Positions 1-11,891 of a DNA stretch of 64,000 nucleotides are shown piece by piece. Origin of the DNA: Caecitellus pseudoparvulus (lineage: Eukaryota; Protista; Bigyra: Bicosoecida); the NCBI GenBank assembly GCA_965644315.1, contig CBFFRQ010000066.1:248001-312000 (forward strand). Direction: 5' to 3'. The position numbers and the translations under genes were made by a program. Under the pieces are notes generated by a model. It had not been told where the DNA came from. It did not search any database and saw nothing but the letters and a program-made list of their open reading frames with translations. How positions within the stretch are numbered: the stretch's first letter is position 1; each line of letters opens with the position of its first letter.

Positions 1-3
1 AGA

Positions 4-1583
4 ATGACTATCGAGGTAGGCTTGTTGCGACGCGACATTCATGGCAACGGCAGCCGCTCCATGTACCTCGTTGCTGCTCCCAGGTCCACAATGAGATGCA
101 GATGCGGCGATACTTCGTCTCGCTCTGCTCGTGCGGCTGCCTCTTCTGGCTAATCAGCAGCCTTGTGGTGCTGGTCTTGCCTCTGTACCTGGGCATCTTG
201 ACGCACGGTGCGTGGTGGCGTTTCACGCTGTAACGCCGCGCAGCTGCACAGCTGCTTCAAGCGCTTTCACAGGCTTTTGGATCAAGGACATCACCGTGTA
301 CGAACAGCCTGAAGTGGATTTTCAGAGCAAACTTATTTTCCAAGCGTCTGTGAGTCAAACCTGTCGCTGCGTGCTGGCGTGAAATGGTCCCAACGGCCTT
401 GGCCCGCCTACGGCCTGCAGGGCACCTCCACTCACGCTGATGGGAGCACATCTCCACTCAGCCTGGCATTTACCTCGTCTCCCCATGCGAACTCTCTCCT
501 GGGCGACTCGTTCCGGCCTGCGACTGTGAGGGTGAGTGCTGGGGCGATGCTGGCGGTTGTGCTTGTTGCGTGCCATGACAACGCGCCCGGCTTCGTGCCC
601 CGCAGGCCATGCCGACAGACTCCAACCTAGATGGGCTTGTAGACGAATGGAGCATCTCTGCCGCCTTTCCCTTGCAATCTAATGAGGTTGTGAACAGCGT
701 CCGGCTCACTGCATTCTTCCAAGTCGAAACCAACGTAAGGCTGCAGGTACCCCTCCCAACTCCAGTCGCAACACAAACCACGCGTCACGCCCCCTTATCG
801 AAACAGGATGTAGCCCGGATTCGAACTGATGGCTTCTTGACCATGGATGTGTCTGGCACTTCGGGGGGGACTGGGGCAACCGCATACGGAAGCGTTGCCT
901 TCGACCAAGCTGCCCGCATCCCCAGCACAGGTGGCTACCTGCTGCCTGAACTCGGCGCCGCAATTCTTGACTTGGATACCATTTCGTCTGTCCGAGAGCT
1001 CGAGCCAGTTGCCCTTTTGCGCAGGTCCAGCCAAAGAAACTGTACGTGCACAGTCTGCTGCTGGCCGGGCGCTGATTTTGGCGCGAACCGGTCGCCGCCC
1101 CGCGCAACCGCAGACACCATTTCGTTCCAAACTGTTGGCCCTGCGGCTTGGCAAGCAGAGACGGGCTACAAGCCGGTGCTGCCTGCTGCGGCAAGCAGCT
1201 CTGGGGCGCAGGGACTGCCCTCGACGCCACGGTCATTCACGGCCACGATGCAAGCTCGAGTCAAGACAGTTCCACTATGGTATGTGACTGAGTCTGGTTT
1301 CTTCACACGGCGCGCTGTAAAACTTCGCCCCCGTGCGCCGCAGGGTTCGTCCACCACTGTCCCAAGTGCTCAAGGGGGGACTGGTGCAGTACCTGGCCTT
1401 GTGGTTCCTCATCTACATGGCCGCGCGCTTCATCAACGTGCGTGCATAACAGCGCTGCGCCTCCTGCCTGCCGTGCACCAAGCTGCCTCTTCTCCAACAC
1501 AGAGCTTCTTGTATGGAGAGCGGATCCTTTTTGCCACTCGCAGAGATGACCTCCCTGGCGGCCGCAAGGCTCACATGAGCTGA
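4..1583 (+). CDS. TMEM231: Ciliary transition-zone protein TMEM231 (multi-exon)
   Basis: Splicing GT-AG introns (first 16-83) gives MTIE|VHNEMQMRRYFVSLCSCGCLFWLISSLVVLVLPLYLGILTH|GFWIKDITVYEQPEVDFQSKLIF. This matches the TMEM231 N-terminus (TM then HGFWLK..YEEQP). The DxNxDG motif (DSNLDG) follows, a second TM lies near the end, and the stop is at 1581-1583. Confidence 0.88.
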
Positions 1584-1598
1584 GGAGAGGCGAATGTA

Positions 1599-2204
1599 TC
1601 AAGATAAAGGCTTCATCTTTGCCAGCTTCAGCACGAGCTCCACATCATCATGCACAAGCTGGCCGCCTTGAAACACCTCAGCCAAAGCCACAAAGGCTTT
1701 CCCGCTGTTGTCCCTCACAGAGTCCACGGAGCATGCTGAACCGCAGGTGCCACGCAATATACCTAGCAGTACGGGGAGAGCACTTTCCACTGGCGGGGGG
1801 GAGTTGGGCAGGGGGAGTGCAGGACACTGCACGCCATTCCACCACTATCGTGGAGTTTCGCATGAAACGTGCGCAAACTCACATTCGGCCTCATCCGTGT
1901 CGCCCTCTCCTACAAGCAGGAGAGCAAGATCAGCCATCGTGCAGTCCACTAAGACTGTTCGGTGTCTGCGACAGGGGAAGTGTTTGTTGCCGGGAGGCCT
2001 CGGCAGGCTCCTGCAGGCCGCAGCTCACCCAGCTGCTGCAAAGGCTGGCCCTGCGCCAGCCGATGAGGTCCAGAGCTCCCGCGTAGCCGCTGCCACGACC
2101 TCCTCCCATGCCGCCTGTTCTTCTTGCGCTGCTGGTACCAGGTGCAACGTCAGGACGAGGTCCCCTGTGTCTTTGTGCACGGCGTGCAGGGCTGTGAAAG
2201 GCAT
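1599..2204 (-). CDS. Longin-fold sigma-adaptin-like small subunit, TSET complex TSPOON/LOLITA homolog (3 exons)
   Basis: Spliced product MPFTALHAVHKDTGDLVL..EEQAAWEE..|HRTVLVDCTMADLALLLVGEGDTDEAE|..LLGILRGTCG..RDNSGKAFVALAEVFQGGQLVHDDVELVLKLAKMKPLS. It is collinear with my recollection of plant LOLITA (EERLHW..HKSVYIVYTMLGDVSIYLVGKDEYDE..DVCG..DKYGRICLCLDEIVWNGLLE..RLIRLKP). Confidence 0.72.
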
Positions 2205-2658
2205 GGTTGAGCGAAGAGGAGGATTTTTGTGACGGCCGTCGCGGGCGAGCCAGTGAAGCACCAAATCTCGACAAGCGAATGTCCTCGAGACACTTCTCAG
2301 GCTGCCTACTGCTTGCTGCAGTTAGTCCTTTCATAGATTTGACCACTGAGACTCAAGGGTCATACAGCGAGGTCTAAGAAAGTACAAGAGAGAGAGAGGG
2401 AAAAAAGAGCCGCCGCGCCGGACACCAACACCTCCCACCAAGAGGGAGTCGGGCGCACAATTCACCCCCAGAGAGACTCCTGCGCGAGATCTTGTGGGGG
2501 CGCAATTGCTGAGATCCAGGCGTGCAGTTGGCGCGGACTGGCCACACAGCGCCACCTGCCGAGGAGGACCAACTTTGGTGGCCTTCATGGACACGCAGCA
2601 AGGCAGCTTCGCGCCACCCTGGGGAGCAGGCCAGGCACCCCCTGCACACCTGGCAAAT

Positions 2659-4496
2659 ATGTCAGAGGCCGAATACAAGGCTAGCAAAGAAGCGTTCGTG
2701 TCGGGTTTGGAGGGTGGGCCGATGTGGGAAGTGCTCTTGCTCATGTGTGGCTTGGCAGTGAGTTACACGCCCACATGAAACGCTGCCCCAGCTGCCAGCT
2801 TGACGTGCCCCTTTCCAAAGCAGACCCTCAACCTCGCGGGCAAAACCTGCAAAGGCTTCTTGCTTGAGAATGTTTTTCATAGGCTCCCCACGGTGAGCTC
2901 GTGAAGTCTGGCTAGCCCGTCCTCTTCGATCACCAGTCATGTTTGCCCGAGTGCTTGCCGCAGGTGGCCCACTTCCTCGTGGACTTCTTGCTGACAGTGT
3001 GGCCTGCGTTGCTGCTGCTAACCAGCGGAGCATCCTGGACTCCCCACATCATCGCGGGTGGACTGATCCTCTCACTTTTTCTCAGTGCAGTCTCTACAGC
3101 CAGGGGCAAGGCAAGCTTGCTGACCCTAGCCAAATCTCCCCGCTCACTGGTGAGGGAGGGCAAGCTCCGACTGCCCTTCCTGACACATTATAGATCCATG
3201 CTGTTATTGAGCACTTGCATTGCGATTCTGGCGGTTGACTTCCGTGTTTTCCCCCGGCGCTTTGCCAAGTGCGAGACCTTCGGCACATCGCTCGTGAGTG
3301 TCGCCTTGCCACAGCGAGGAGCACCGCACCGCTTCACAGTGAACGCCCTTCCCGTTCAGATGGACGTGGGCGTCGGCATGTTTGTGTTTTCTGCGGCACT
3401 GGTGTCCCCCCTTGCGCGGAGGCAAGTGAACCGACGCAGGCTGGCATCGAGTTGGCTTCATGGATTGACGTGCAGCAGCCTCACAGCAGTGCTGCCCTTG
3501 CTGCTCCTGGGCATTGCTCGAACTGTGACCAACAAATCGGCGAACTACCAAGAACACGTGTCTGAGTACGGGACGCACTGGAACTTTTACTTCACTGTGG
3601 CTTGCGTTGCAGTCGCCGCATCGTGTCTCCACAGCATGCTGCAAAAAGCTGCAAAACGCTGCCCTGCGCCTTGCCTCAGCCTTGGCCTAGCCTCCACACA
3701 AGCACTTCCAAGCGGGCCTGCCGTGCCGCACGGCAGTCACCGTGCGGGCCCGCAGGATGGCGACGCAGACCAGGCACGCCCCTCACCCGCCGCCCGCCGC
3801 GTCGTGCACCTTACTGGCACGACTTTCGTGCTGCTGTCATGCTGTGTCATGGCAGCGTATCAAGCGGGCCTGTCGTTGCTGGGTTGGCAGGAGTTTCTCT
3901 TGACCGTGCCACGCACCAGCCTCCTGACAGCTAATAAAGAAGGCATTCTAGGTGTGGCTGGCTTCCTCGCTGTGCACCTCGCAGGTGTCGGCGTAGGGCA
4001 ATGGTTGCACCGGCCTCGTCAAGGCCAACGAGAGTGGCTCTTTGCTGTCTTTCAACTCGTAGTGGCTGGAGCAGGCCTGTGGCTGCTTCTCCTGGCGCTG
4101 CTAGGTGCCTGGCCCATGGCCGACCTGCCCGGCACGCCACCAGGCCTGGCAGTGTCGCGGCGCATGGTGAACGCCCCGTATGTCATATGGGTCTTGGCGG
4201 TGAACTGCTTCTTGTTAGCTGTGGTGATTGTGTGTGACATGGTGGCCTGGCATGGGCGTGAAGGTGCGCCCACAGACAGCACAGCTTTGGAGGTGCTGAA
4301 CCAGCATGGGCTTGTGGCGTTCTTGGTTGCGAACCTGGCGACAGGGGCTGTGAACTTGGGCGTGCGCACTCTCTTCGTGCCTGACCTACTTGCAGTCTGT
4401 ATCCTTTCCGGGTACCTGGCGGTCGTGGTGGTCGTCACCAGCTTTGTTGGGCCGCTTGTGAGCAGGCTGAAGAGCACCCCCCCCAAGGCCGCTTGA
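2659..4496 (+). CDS. PIGW: GPI inositol acyltransferase PIG-W/GWT1
   Basis: N-terminus EYKASKEAFVSGLEGG; motifs CIAILAVDFRVFPRRFAKCETFGTSL|MDVGVG, YQEHVSEYGTHWNFYFT, ANKEG and VSRRMVN; many TM segments; short GT-AG introns. Confidence 0.95.
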
Positions 4497-4664
4497 GTTG
4501 GGGCCCCCTGTGACCCCTGCATGACACTGCCCGCCAGCAAAAAATACAACACTCCATGTTTGGACCGACAGCATCTCTTCCCTCTGGTGCGGCAGCTGGC
4601 GTCAGCAAAGCCAGGCTTCTCCGGCCGCTTTGCGTGACAGTCTGGAAGGGACGTGTCCACGAGC

Positions 4665-6640
4665 ATGCCTCCTCAGGAGACCCACAGCAGCGGCGGCGGG
4701 CGAAAGCGGCGGCGCAGTGGGCAAACTGCGCCGTCCTCCGGGGCTGCTGCGGCGGGGGGCGGGAAAGCCCCCCGTAGAGATGCTGACCGCCCACCCCAAG
4801 CAGAACCAGGTCAAGCTCCAGCTGAAAGACGCAAACGCGTGAAGCCCATCCCCTACAAGGCCTGCGTCTCGCGAGCAAAGAGCGGGGATGCTGAGTCCCA
4901 GTGGAGACTCGCCACCCTGCATTACTACGGCACTGGAGGTGCTAAACGCGACCTCGCAAAGTCGCTCCAGCTGTACACCCTTGCGGCAGGGCAAGGCCAC
5001 AGCAAGGCCTTGCACGACTTGGCCTGCTGCCATGCGGACGGAGTCCCTGGGTTCATGCCCAAGAACCCCAAAGAAGCCGTGAAGCTTTGGATGGAAGCAG
5101 CAGAAAAAGGTTTGCATGCTGCCCTGCCCGCCTCCTTGGGTGGTGAATTGCCTCACGGTCGTGCGGTATTTGAATGCCCAACTGCCTGGCGCAGGATGTG
5201 TGGAGGCAATGAGCAGCTTAGGCGGCGCATACGATGAAGGCGTTGGGGTAGATCAGGATTCATCCCTTGCACTGCACTGGTTCCTCGTTGCTGCTCGTGC
5301 TGGAGACCCACCAGCAATGTACATGGCTGGCTGGTGAGACATGCTGCGCGGTGTGTGCTCACTTCTCTTCACGCTGCTGGTGGCACCCTGCAGGTACTAT
5401 GACTCGGGTCTTGCTCCAGGTGGATGTGACTATGCTGCGGCCAACGAATGGTTTGCCAAGGCTGTGGAATGCGGCGACCCTCAGTGAGTTCCAGTCCTCT
5501 CGCAGTGCTGTGGATGCTGCCCTCCACGCCTTCGCCCCCCCCCCCAGGGCGATGTACTCACTCGGGCGGAATTACCAGCATGGACGTGGGACGGGCGATG
5601 TGGACGATGAGGCTGCTGTCGGTCTGTACCGCCGGGCTGCCGAAGCAGGCGATGCCCGGAGCTTATTCCAGCTTGGCTGGATGCTGCGTGAGGGAAGAGG
5701 GGTGCCTGCTCCTGATGAGCACGCTGCGGTGCAGTACTTCCTGCAGGCAGCAGCGGCTGGAAGCCATGACGGCATGATTGCCGCTGCGCAAGCATACGCG
5801 TTGGGGGAGGGTGGGCTGGCTCGGGATGCGGCGGCCGCGCAGAAACTTGCGAAGGAGGCGCTGGGCCTGGCGATGACTGAGTGGGAGCAAGAGGTGCAGG
5901 ATGCAGAGCTTCGTGACGTTGCAGCGGCGCCTGAGGAGGTGTGGGAGTTTCCCACAGAGCATTGCAGTAGCGCTGTCGCGGAGGCTTCGTTCGTATGTGG
6001 CCTCTGCCTTGAGCATGGCGGAGGAAGCTCCGACCCCAACCTCTTGCGCCAAAGCTTTCAGCACTACCTGACAGCAGCGCGGCACGGGCATGCCCCTGGC
6101 GCCCATAATGTGGGTGTCATGCTTGATTGTGGGTTTGGCATTCCAGCTGACCCCCAAGCTGCCGTGGCGTGGTTTCAGCATGCTGCAGACCGAGGTGACC
6201 ACGCCAGCATGTACGCACTGGGCCTTGCGCACCGCTATGGACGGGGAGTGGAGCAAAGTAACGAGGCTGCTGTCAAGTGGTACCGCGCTGCCGCAGAGGC
6301 AGGCCATGCGCGCGCCTGGAACAAGCTCGGTTGGATGCTGCAGTTGGGCTGTGGCGTCCCAGCGGTGGACGCCACCGGTGCGCTGCAGGCGTATCGGCGC
6401 GGTGCTGAGTTGGGTTCACTCAAAGCCATGTGCCACCTGGGGGCTCTACACCGAGATGGTGGGCTGGGGCTGTCAGTTGACAGTGTTGCGGCGCGGCGGT
6501 GGTTCCAAGCTGCGGCAGAGGCCGGCAGCGAGCTAGCCCTCGAACAGCTTGGGCACTTGGAAAAGGGCGTGCCACCTGTGATTGCAGGGTCTGCACCTTC
6601 ACGTGGAGCTGCCGCCGTTTCCAGCCCTACATCGGGCTGA
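4665..6640 (+). CDS. Sel1-like repeat (SLR) protein with basic, NLS-like N-terminus
   Basis: Tandem SLR units (A..G...A...LG..Y..G.GV..D...A..W...AA..G) across spliced exons. The N-terminus has GRKRRR and RRKRVK clusters and no signal peptide. Confidence 0.88.
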
Positions 6641-6881
6641 CATACACAATTGCCTAAGAAAGTGCTGTGCCCGCCAGGAGTTGCGAAGGAAGACATTTGA
6701 GAAGTTTCTCCCACCGGCCAGCCAAGAAAGTGGGCAGGGAGCAATTCAATCATCCCCTATGAACGGCAGTCAGGGCATAGGTGCCCTTTTTCTTGAACAT
6801 GTGCGCGCAAGCGGCCTGTTGCCACTCGCTAGGCTGCCCGAGAAGCTGACGCGCTGTGGACTCAGCTTGGTCGGGGACAAC

Positions 6882-7246
6882 ATGTCACCCCTCAGCAGAG
6901 TGCGCAGCAGCATCATGCGCTGTATGCATGGTACTGCAAAGCGGGGGCTGGCCTCCTCCTCCCGGAACAGGCACCAGCCTGCCGCCTTCCACTTGCTTGT
7001 GTGCCCGATTACAAAGGTGCGGTGCGCCGCCAGTGAGCGGCTTCAAGACCACACACCCCCAACCTCCCAAGAGCGCCGCATCAATTGCAGGGCCCCTTAG
7101 AGTACGATTCCAGCACAAACGAGCTTGTTTCTGTGGATGTTCGTGTTGCATTTCCAGTGCAAGACGGTGTGCCTAACCTGGTGCCCAGTGACGCAAGACG
7201 CATTCCTCCAGCCGAAACGCAAGTGAAACACAAGGACTCAGCGTGA
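6882..7246 (+). CDS. PYURF: PreY/PYURF-like mitochondrial Trm112-fold (UPF0434) protein
   Basis: Arg/Ser-rich presequence (MSPLSRVRSSIMRCMH), then LLVCPITK|GPLEYDSSTNELVSVDVRVAFPVQDGVPNLVPSDARRI. Intron 7017-7090. Confidence 0.85.
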
Positions 7247-7335
7247 CTGGGCGGGCTGCAGGTGAAATGCATGTAAGAAAGGCGGCACTGGGAGCCCAGC
7301 GCCAAAGCAAAGATTCACGAGGAGGGATCGCAGCA

Positions 7336-8228
7336 TCACTGCCTGCGCCCCCTGCCACGACCTCGACCGCGTCCGCGCCGCCTGCCACGCCCATCCTGAA
7401 ACCCCCCTCCACGGCCACGCCCTGCGCTACCCATAGGACTCTCCAGCGAATAGTGGCCATGGGCCCCCATACCCTCACTCCCCCAACCTTGGGATTGTGT
7501 GGGCACCACAGGGAGAAGACCTGCATGCGGAGGTGGCAGGGGCATCAATGGCCCGGCTTCATCCAGACTTGGTGCTGGCAGCAACCCGAAGCCTTTGCGA
7601 GTCAGCCGCCGAGCGCTCACTGCCCCACGGCTACCAGCGCTTGAACGGCGAGACATCTCGGACGACATGCTGCTGGTGCTCCGCCGGCGCTCGTCAATGT
7701 CGCTACTGCTGGAGGACTGCGCAGTGACAGCACTCGTGCGCCTGGAGGACTGGGGGAGCTCAGTCCACTGGGCGCCACCTGAGTTGTTCGTGGGAGAAGG
7801 TTGCAGCATGCGGGCTGTTGCCTGGGCGGCTTCTTGGATGGACCGACTGTCTCCTGCTTGCGCAGCAGCTGCCGCTGCCGCTGCCGCAACAAGGGCTGTA
7901 GCCGCTTCATCACCCTCTTCGCCGCGGCCAGGTACCGGCGAGGCTCCGATGTTCAGAGTGTGCCGGCCACCAGGCAACGGAATGTTTATAGGGCCATTGG
8001 GTGACAGTGCTGACCTCGGGAATTGCTGGCCTCGCAGAGGAGTCGTCTGCCGCGGCTCGTGCAGTGCAGACAGGCCGCTGGCAGAGGAATGTGCTGCCAT
8101 GCTGTGACTTCCTGCTGTGTGAGTGGGTGTCGCGCTGATGCTAGGAGGGGAAAATCCTGACGACTCGGGAATGGAAGAAGAGGAAGTGACAGGATAATCC
8201 TGAGCAGAGGAGTCCGCAGAAACATGCA

Positions 8229-8264
<36 letters not shown>

Positions 8265-11200
8265 TCCACAGGGCTCTCGCCAGCACTGGGTTGTCAGCTG
8301 GGCCAAGGTTGTAGTACCCGTACCCCTGCTCTCCATACTGCAGCGCGTAAATGCACCCACTATACAGCATCAAACTAGCAGATGGCTGCAGAAGTGGCGT
8401 CGGGCCTTGTGCTGCTTCCTCTTGCGGCTTGGGGCGAGCAATGTCCTCAGCTTCAGCGGACAGTTGAGGCAGAGCCTGAGAACGTGGCGGATCTGGCAGC
8501 AAACCACTCCCAACCCGAGGGCGAGTAATAGCTCCCTCTGTAGCAGGCTGAACAGTTGGCTCCTTGTCACCAGCCGTGCCGGATGGCGGAGCATGCTCTG
8601 CGCTCGTTCTAGCTGCTCGCCGCTTGGCAGCATCTGCGAGCATGGCAGCAAGTGGAGATGTGGCCGCCCCAGGTGGGGCAGCGTCAACTTGGGACACTGC
8701 GCTTGTGCGAGAAGTCGCCAGGTCTGGCTCGCGGCCTGGGCTAACGGCAAGCGTTGCTTTGACAGGTTCCGGGCGATTGTTCACGTCAGCAGGGGCCGCT
8801 ACATGCTGTGACAGTGACTCGGCTGATTCCGGACTGCCAGACGTCGGCTCTGGAGCAGCCACGTGGAGCTCGGGAACAGGAGGCAGACTGCCACTTTGGC
8901 CACCTGCTTGCTCGGGAGCGGAAGCACTGTGAGTGAGATGGGTGCCTTCCCCACTCGCTTGCAAAGGGGAGCTGTGCCCGTCCGATCCAGATACCGGGGA
9001 TGGACTGGGAGGTTGTGGGCTGCCGCTACCTGGGCCTTCAGGGCGGACAGCTGTCGTCTGTTCAGTAACCCATGTGCGAACGCCAGGCTTGCTTTCCGCG
9101 GCACCACCCGCTTCATCGACATCTTGGGCACTAGACCTACCTTCGCACTCAAGCGCTGATTCCTCCGGAGCAAAGGAAGGCGCTTTCTCATCGCCCACCT
9201 CAGCAGGTGTCCTATGCTTGCCTGCTTGCTCAGCTGTCGTCCACTCACCCTCAGAAGGCTCAGGCTCCAGCGGCGTGGTCAAGGCTGACTCCAGTGGTGC
9301 TTCAGAGCCAGCCGCCCCTGACGCAGCAGGCCTAGCCCGCTCTTCTTGCACGCTGCACGATGCAACATCATCCGCAACGGGCACCCCACCCCTGGACGAG
9401 AAGGCGCCAGCAGCGTCACTGCTACCTACCGAAGCACTCCCAAGACCTGTGGCGCCGCCAAGGCTGCCTGCGGTTGAAGTGGAGCGATTGGACGTGGTGG
9501 AATCTCTGCGACGACGGCGGCGCCTCCGTCCACTGCGGCTGCTCCCTGCACTGAGCTCACGAGGTGGTGAGGGCTCCCCCGCGTCATCCTCTGACTCCAT
9601 GCCAGCACCAGCACTCTTTGCTTGCTTTCCTGCGTGCTTTGATTTGCTCTTGCTGGACGTTGGTTTGCTTCCAGCAGCCTTGCCGGACTTGCGAGATTCT
9701 TGTGTTTTAGCCAGGGGAGTCGGAGGGAGCTGGGCAGGCTTACGCAGTACAACAAGCGCCGAAAGCCCCCCCAAGACTACGACGGCACCAGAAACGAGCA
9801 AGATGCTTGTCAGACTGCTGTCCATGCCAGAACTCAGCTTCTGCAGGGGGCGCTGCCGAGAGGCTGGGGCAGTGGTAGGGGGCCTGCCGCTGCTCCCGCG
9901 GGCCTTGGCCTCTGGAACAGTCGGGTATGCATCCACGGGGACATCGTCTGCCAGCTCCCGTCGCTGCCCTGCGATGGGGAACAGGTCTTCCGCTTCGGAC
10001 AGGTCTGCCCATCCTGCATCTCCTGGGTGCGTGTGCTGGCGGCTGAACTGGACGCTGCCGGTGCGTGCTTCGCTCTCGGGGCTGTACCTCGCCTTCGCCT
10101 CCACTGAAGCTCCCATCTCCACATTCGCAGCCGACATGTGTCCAGCCTCCGTTGGTGGTGGACTGGCTGCTTCTGCAGCGCTCTGCTGACCCGAAACACC
10201 AGCACGAAGCATGATGGACGCGAAGGTCTTGTCCTCAGTATCAGGCATGGAAGCTGCCAAGGAGTTCAGGCGCGGAACACAAGAAGTGGTGTCAGGGCAA
10301 GCAGTTGTGGGCGTCAGGGTGCGCCCCAGCCTGTGCATAAGCTCCAACTGGTCAAGCAGCGGAGCATCCGGAGGTAGCCCCACCATGACCCCGGCCTTGC
10401 GCACCTCCATACCGAACATGGACATAGTAATGGCCTGGCGAGCTGCGAAGTACTCGGGTTGGGAATGAGCCCGCGACGCCCGCATCTTCGCAATCAAATG
10501 CTTGGTTGGGTGGGCTCTGGAATCCACTGTGAGTGTGCAATCGCGAGCGAAACGAAGAAGTGCATGCTGGGCAGGAAATTGGCGCTCCAAGTCGCGGGAA
10601 AGCCTTTCCAGACGCTCGCGCGCGCGTGTACGGGCTCTGAGAAAGGCGACAGGGATGAGGTGTAGGCAACAGCGGAAACGCAGGAGGCCACACCTCCTTC
10701 GTGCGCAGCGCGGCACAAACCTTGGCGTGTGTCCTACGTAATCCCTCAGCAAGTGGGTGATGAGGTGAACCAGCAAGTCAGAACCAGTTGGCCACAAGCT
10801 TGCCCCCAGTGCGTCCACATGCGCTGCCAGCAGGTTTGCGGAAGTTGCATCGCGGAGGCGTATGGTAGTGACCTGCTCCTTCATCTCCTGCGCATCACAC
10901 GAACGAGCACAAGTACATCGTGATTAGGGCTGAGCAATGGCCCTTGGATGAAGGTGCATGCACATGCTGGCTGGAAGACGGCGGCAGCACGCACCGCTTG
11001 GCCGTACATGCGCCAAATCCACTGGAGGGAGGAGTTGGCCACAGCCTGCCCCTCAGAGTGCAGCCCCAGGTTATGAAAGGCGGTGTGCAGCGCCTTCAAT
11101 ATGCAGGCCATAACTTCGACGTCGTGCATCACATTGTCCTGCAGTGCAGGGAGGTTGTGCCACGGCAGGTGCCGTGAAGGTCAGAGCTGGGGGCGTGGCT

Positions 11201-11519
11201 GGCGTCCACCTACCGAGGTCCAAACTATGGTGTCAAACGACGTCTGACGAGCTGCAAGCTGTGGCTCAAGCAACCGAATTACATCTAGTGACTTGCCTGT
11301 GCAGGCGAAAGCAAGCAGGGTGCCGCGTTGGCGCCGCTGTCGGCAGTGGGTTGCCAGGTGTGTGTGCGGCACTGCACCAGCAAGCTGCAGCCACGCACTG
11401 TGCAAGAAGTACCGCCGCACGTCCGTCGGCAAGACTTCGTAGCATCGGGTGCCGGACGCCAGACCCAAGCCAACATAACAGGCTACCCCAAAAAGGAGCA
11501 ATGGGGCCGGGCGCACCAT
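7336..11519 (-). CDS. Hypothetical single-pass membrane protein with a long low-complexity tail (polyQ, C-terminal RG repeats)
   Basis: Signal-peptide-like start MVRPAPLLLFGVACYVGLGLASG at 11519 joins through GT-AG introns to the 1182-codon ORF 7336-10884. There is one hydrophobic segment (ILLVSGAVVVLGGLSALVVL). No family motif recognised, and it could be two genes. Confidence 0.6.
8230..8262 (-). repeat. (CAG)11 microsatellite encoding polyQ
   Basis: Pure (CTG)11 on the + strand, read as Q11 in the minus-strand ORF. Confidence 0.95.
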
Positions 11520-11891
11520 GCTCGCGCCCGAACCACGGCTGAGCCGCTCCCTCCGCGGTAAGCTTCCGTGGCAACGAAACGCAGGGTTGGCGGCACTTGC
11601 CTTGCCTTGCCAGGCTGGTGCACACACGGCAGCGCACACCGCAGGTACAGGGCTGCAGGTTGGTTGCCGGCCGAGAAGTGCGCCACGGTTTGTGCTGGTG
11701 CAGGGTGGCGCCGGTGCCAGGGAAGGGGGTGTCCTGGGTGGGCTGCCACACCCTGGCTCTGGCGCAGGTGCTTCCAGGCCTGTCAAAACCAAACCACCTC
11801 TGTGTGAGATCCCGAGCATGAGGCGAGCACAAGCCTCGGGCGCCGCTGAGCACAGGGCCAGGGCGTGCTGTTGCAGAAGCAACCGCTCGCG

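Noticed and set aside
6882-7335. Possible PYURF-PIGY style bicistronic arrangement, given the nearby GPI gene
   Set aside because: Only 89 nt follow the PreY stop before the convergent gene and no PIG-Y-like ORF is present. PIG-W is separated by another gene.
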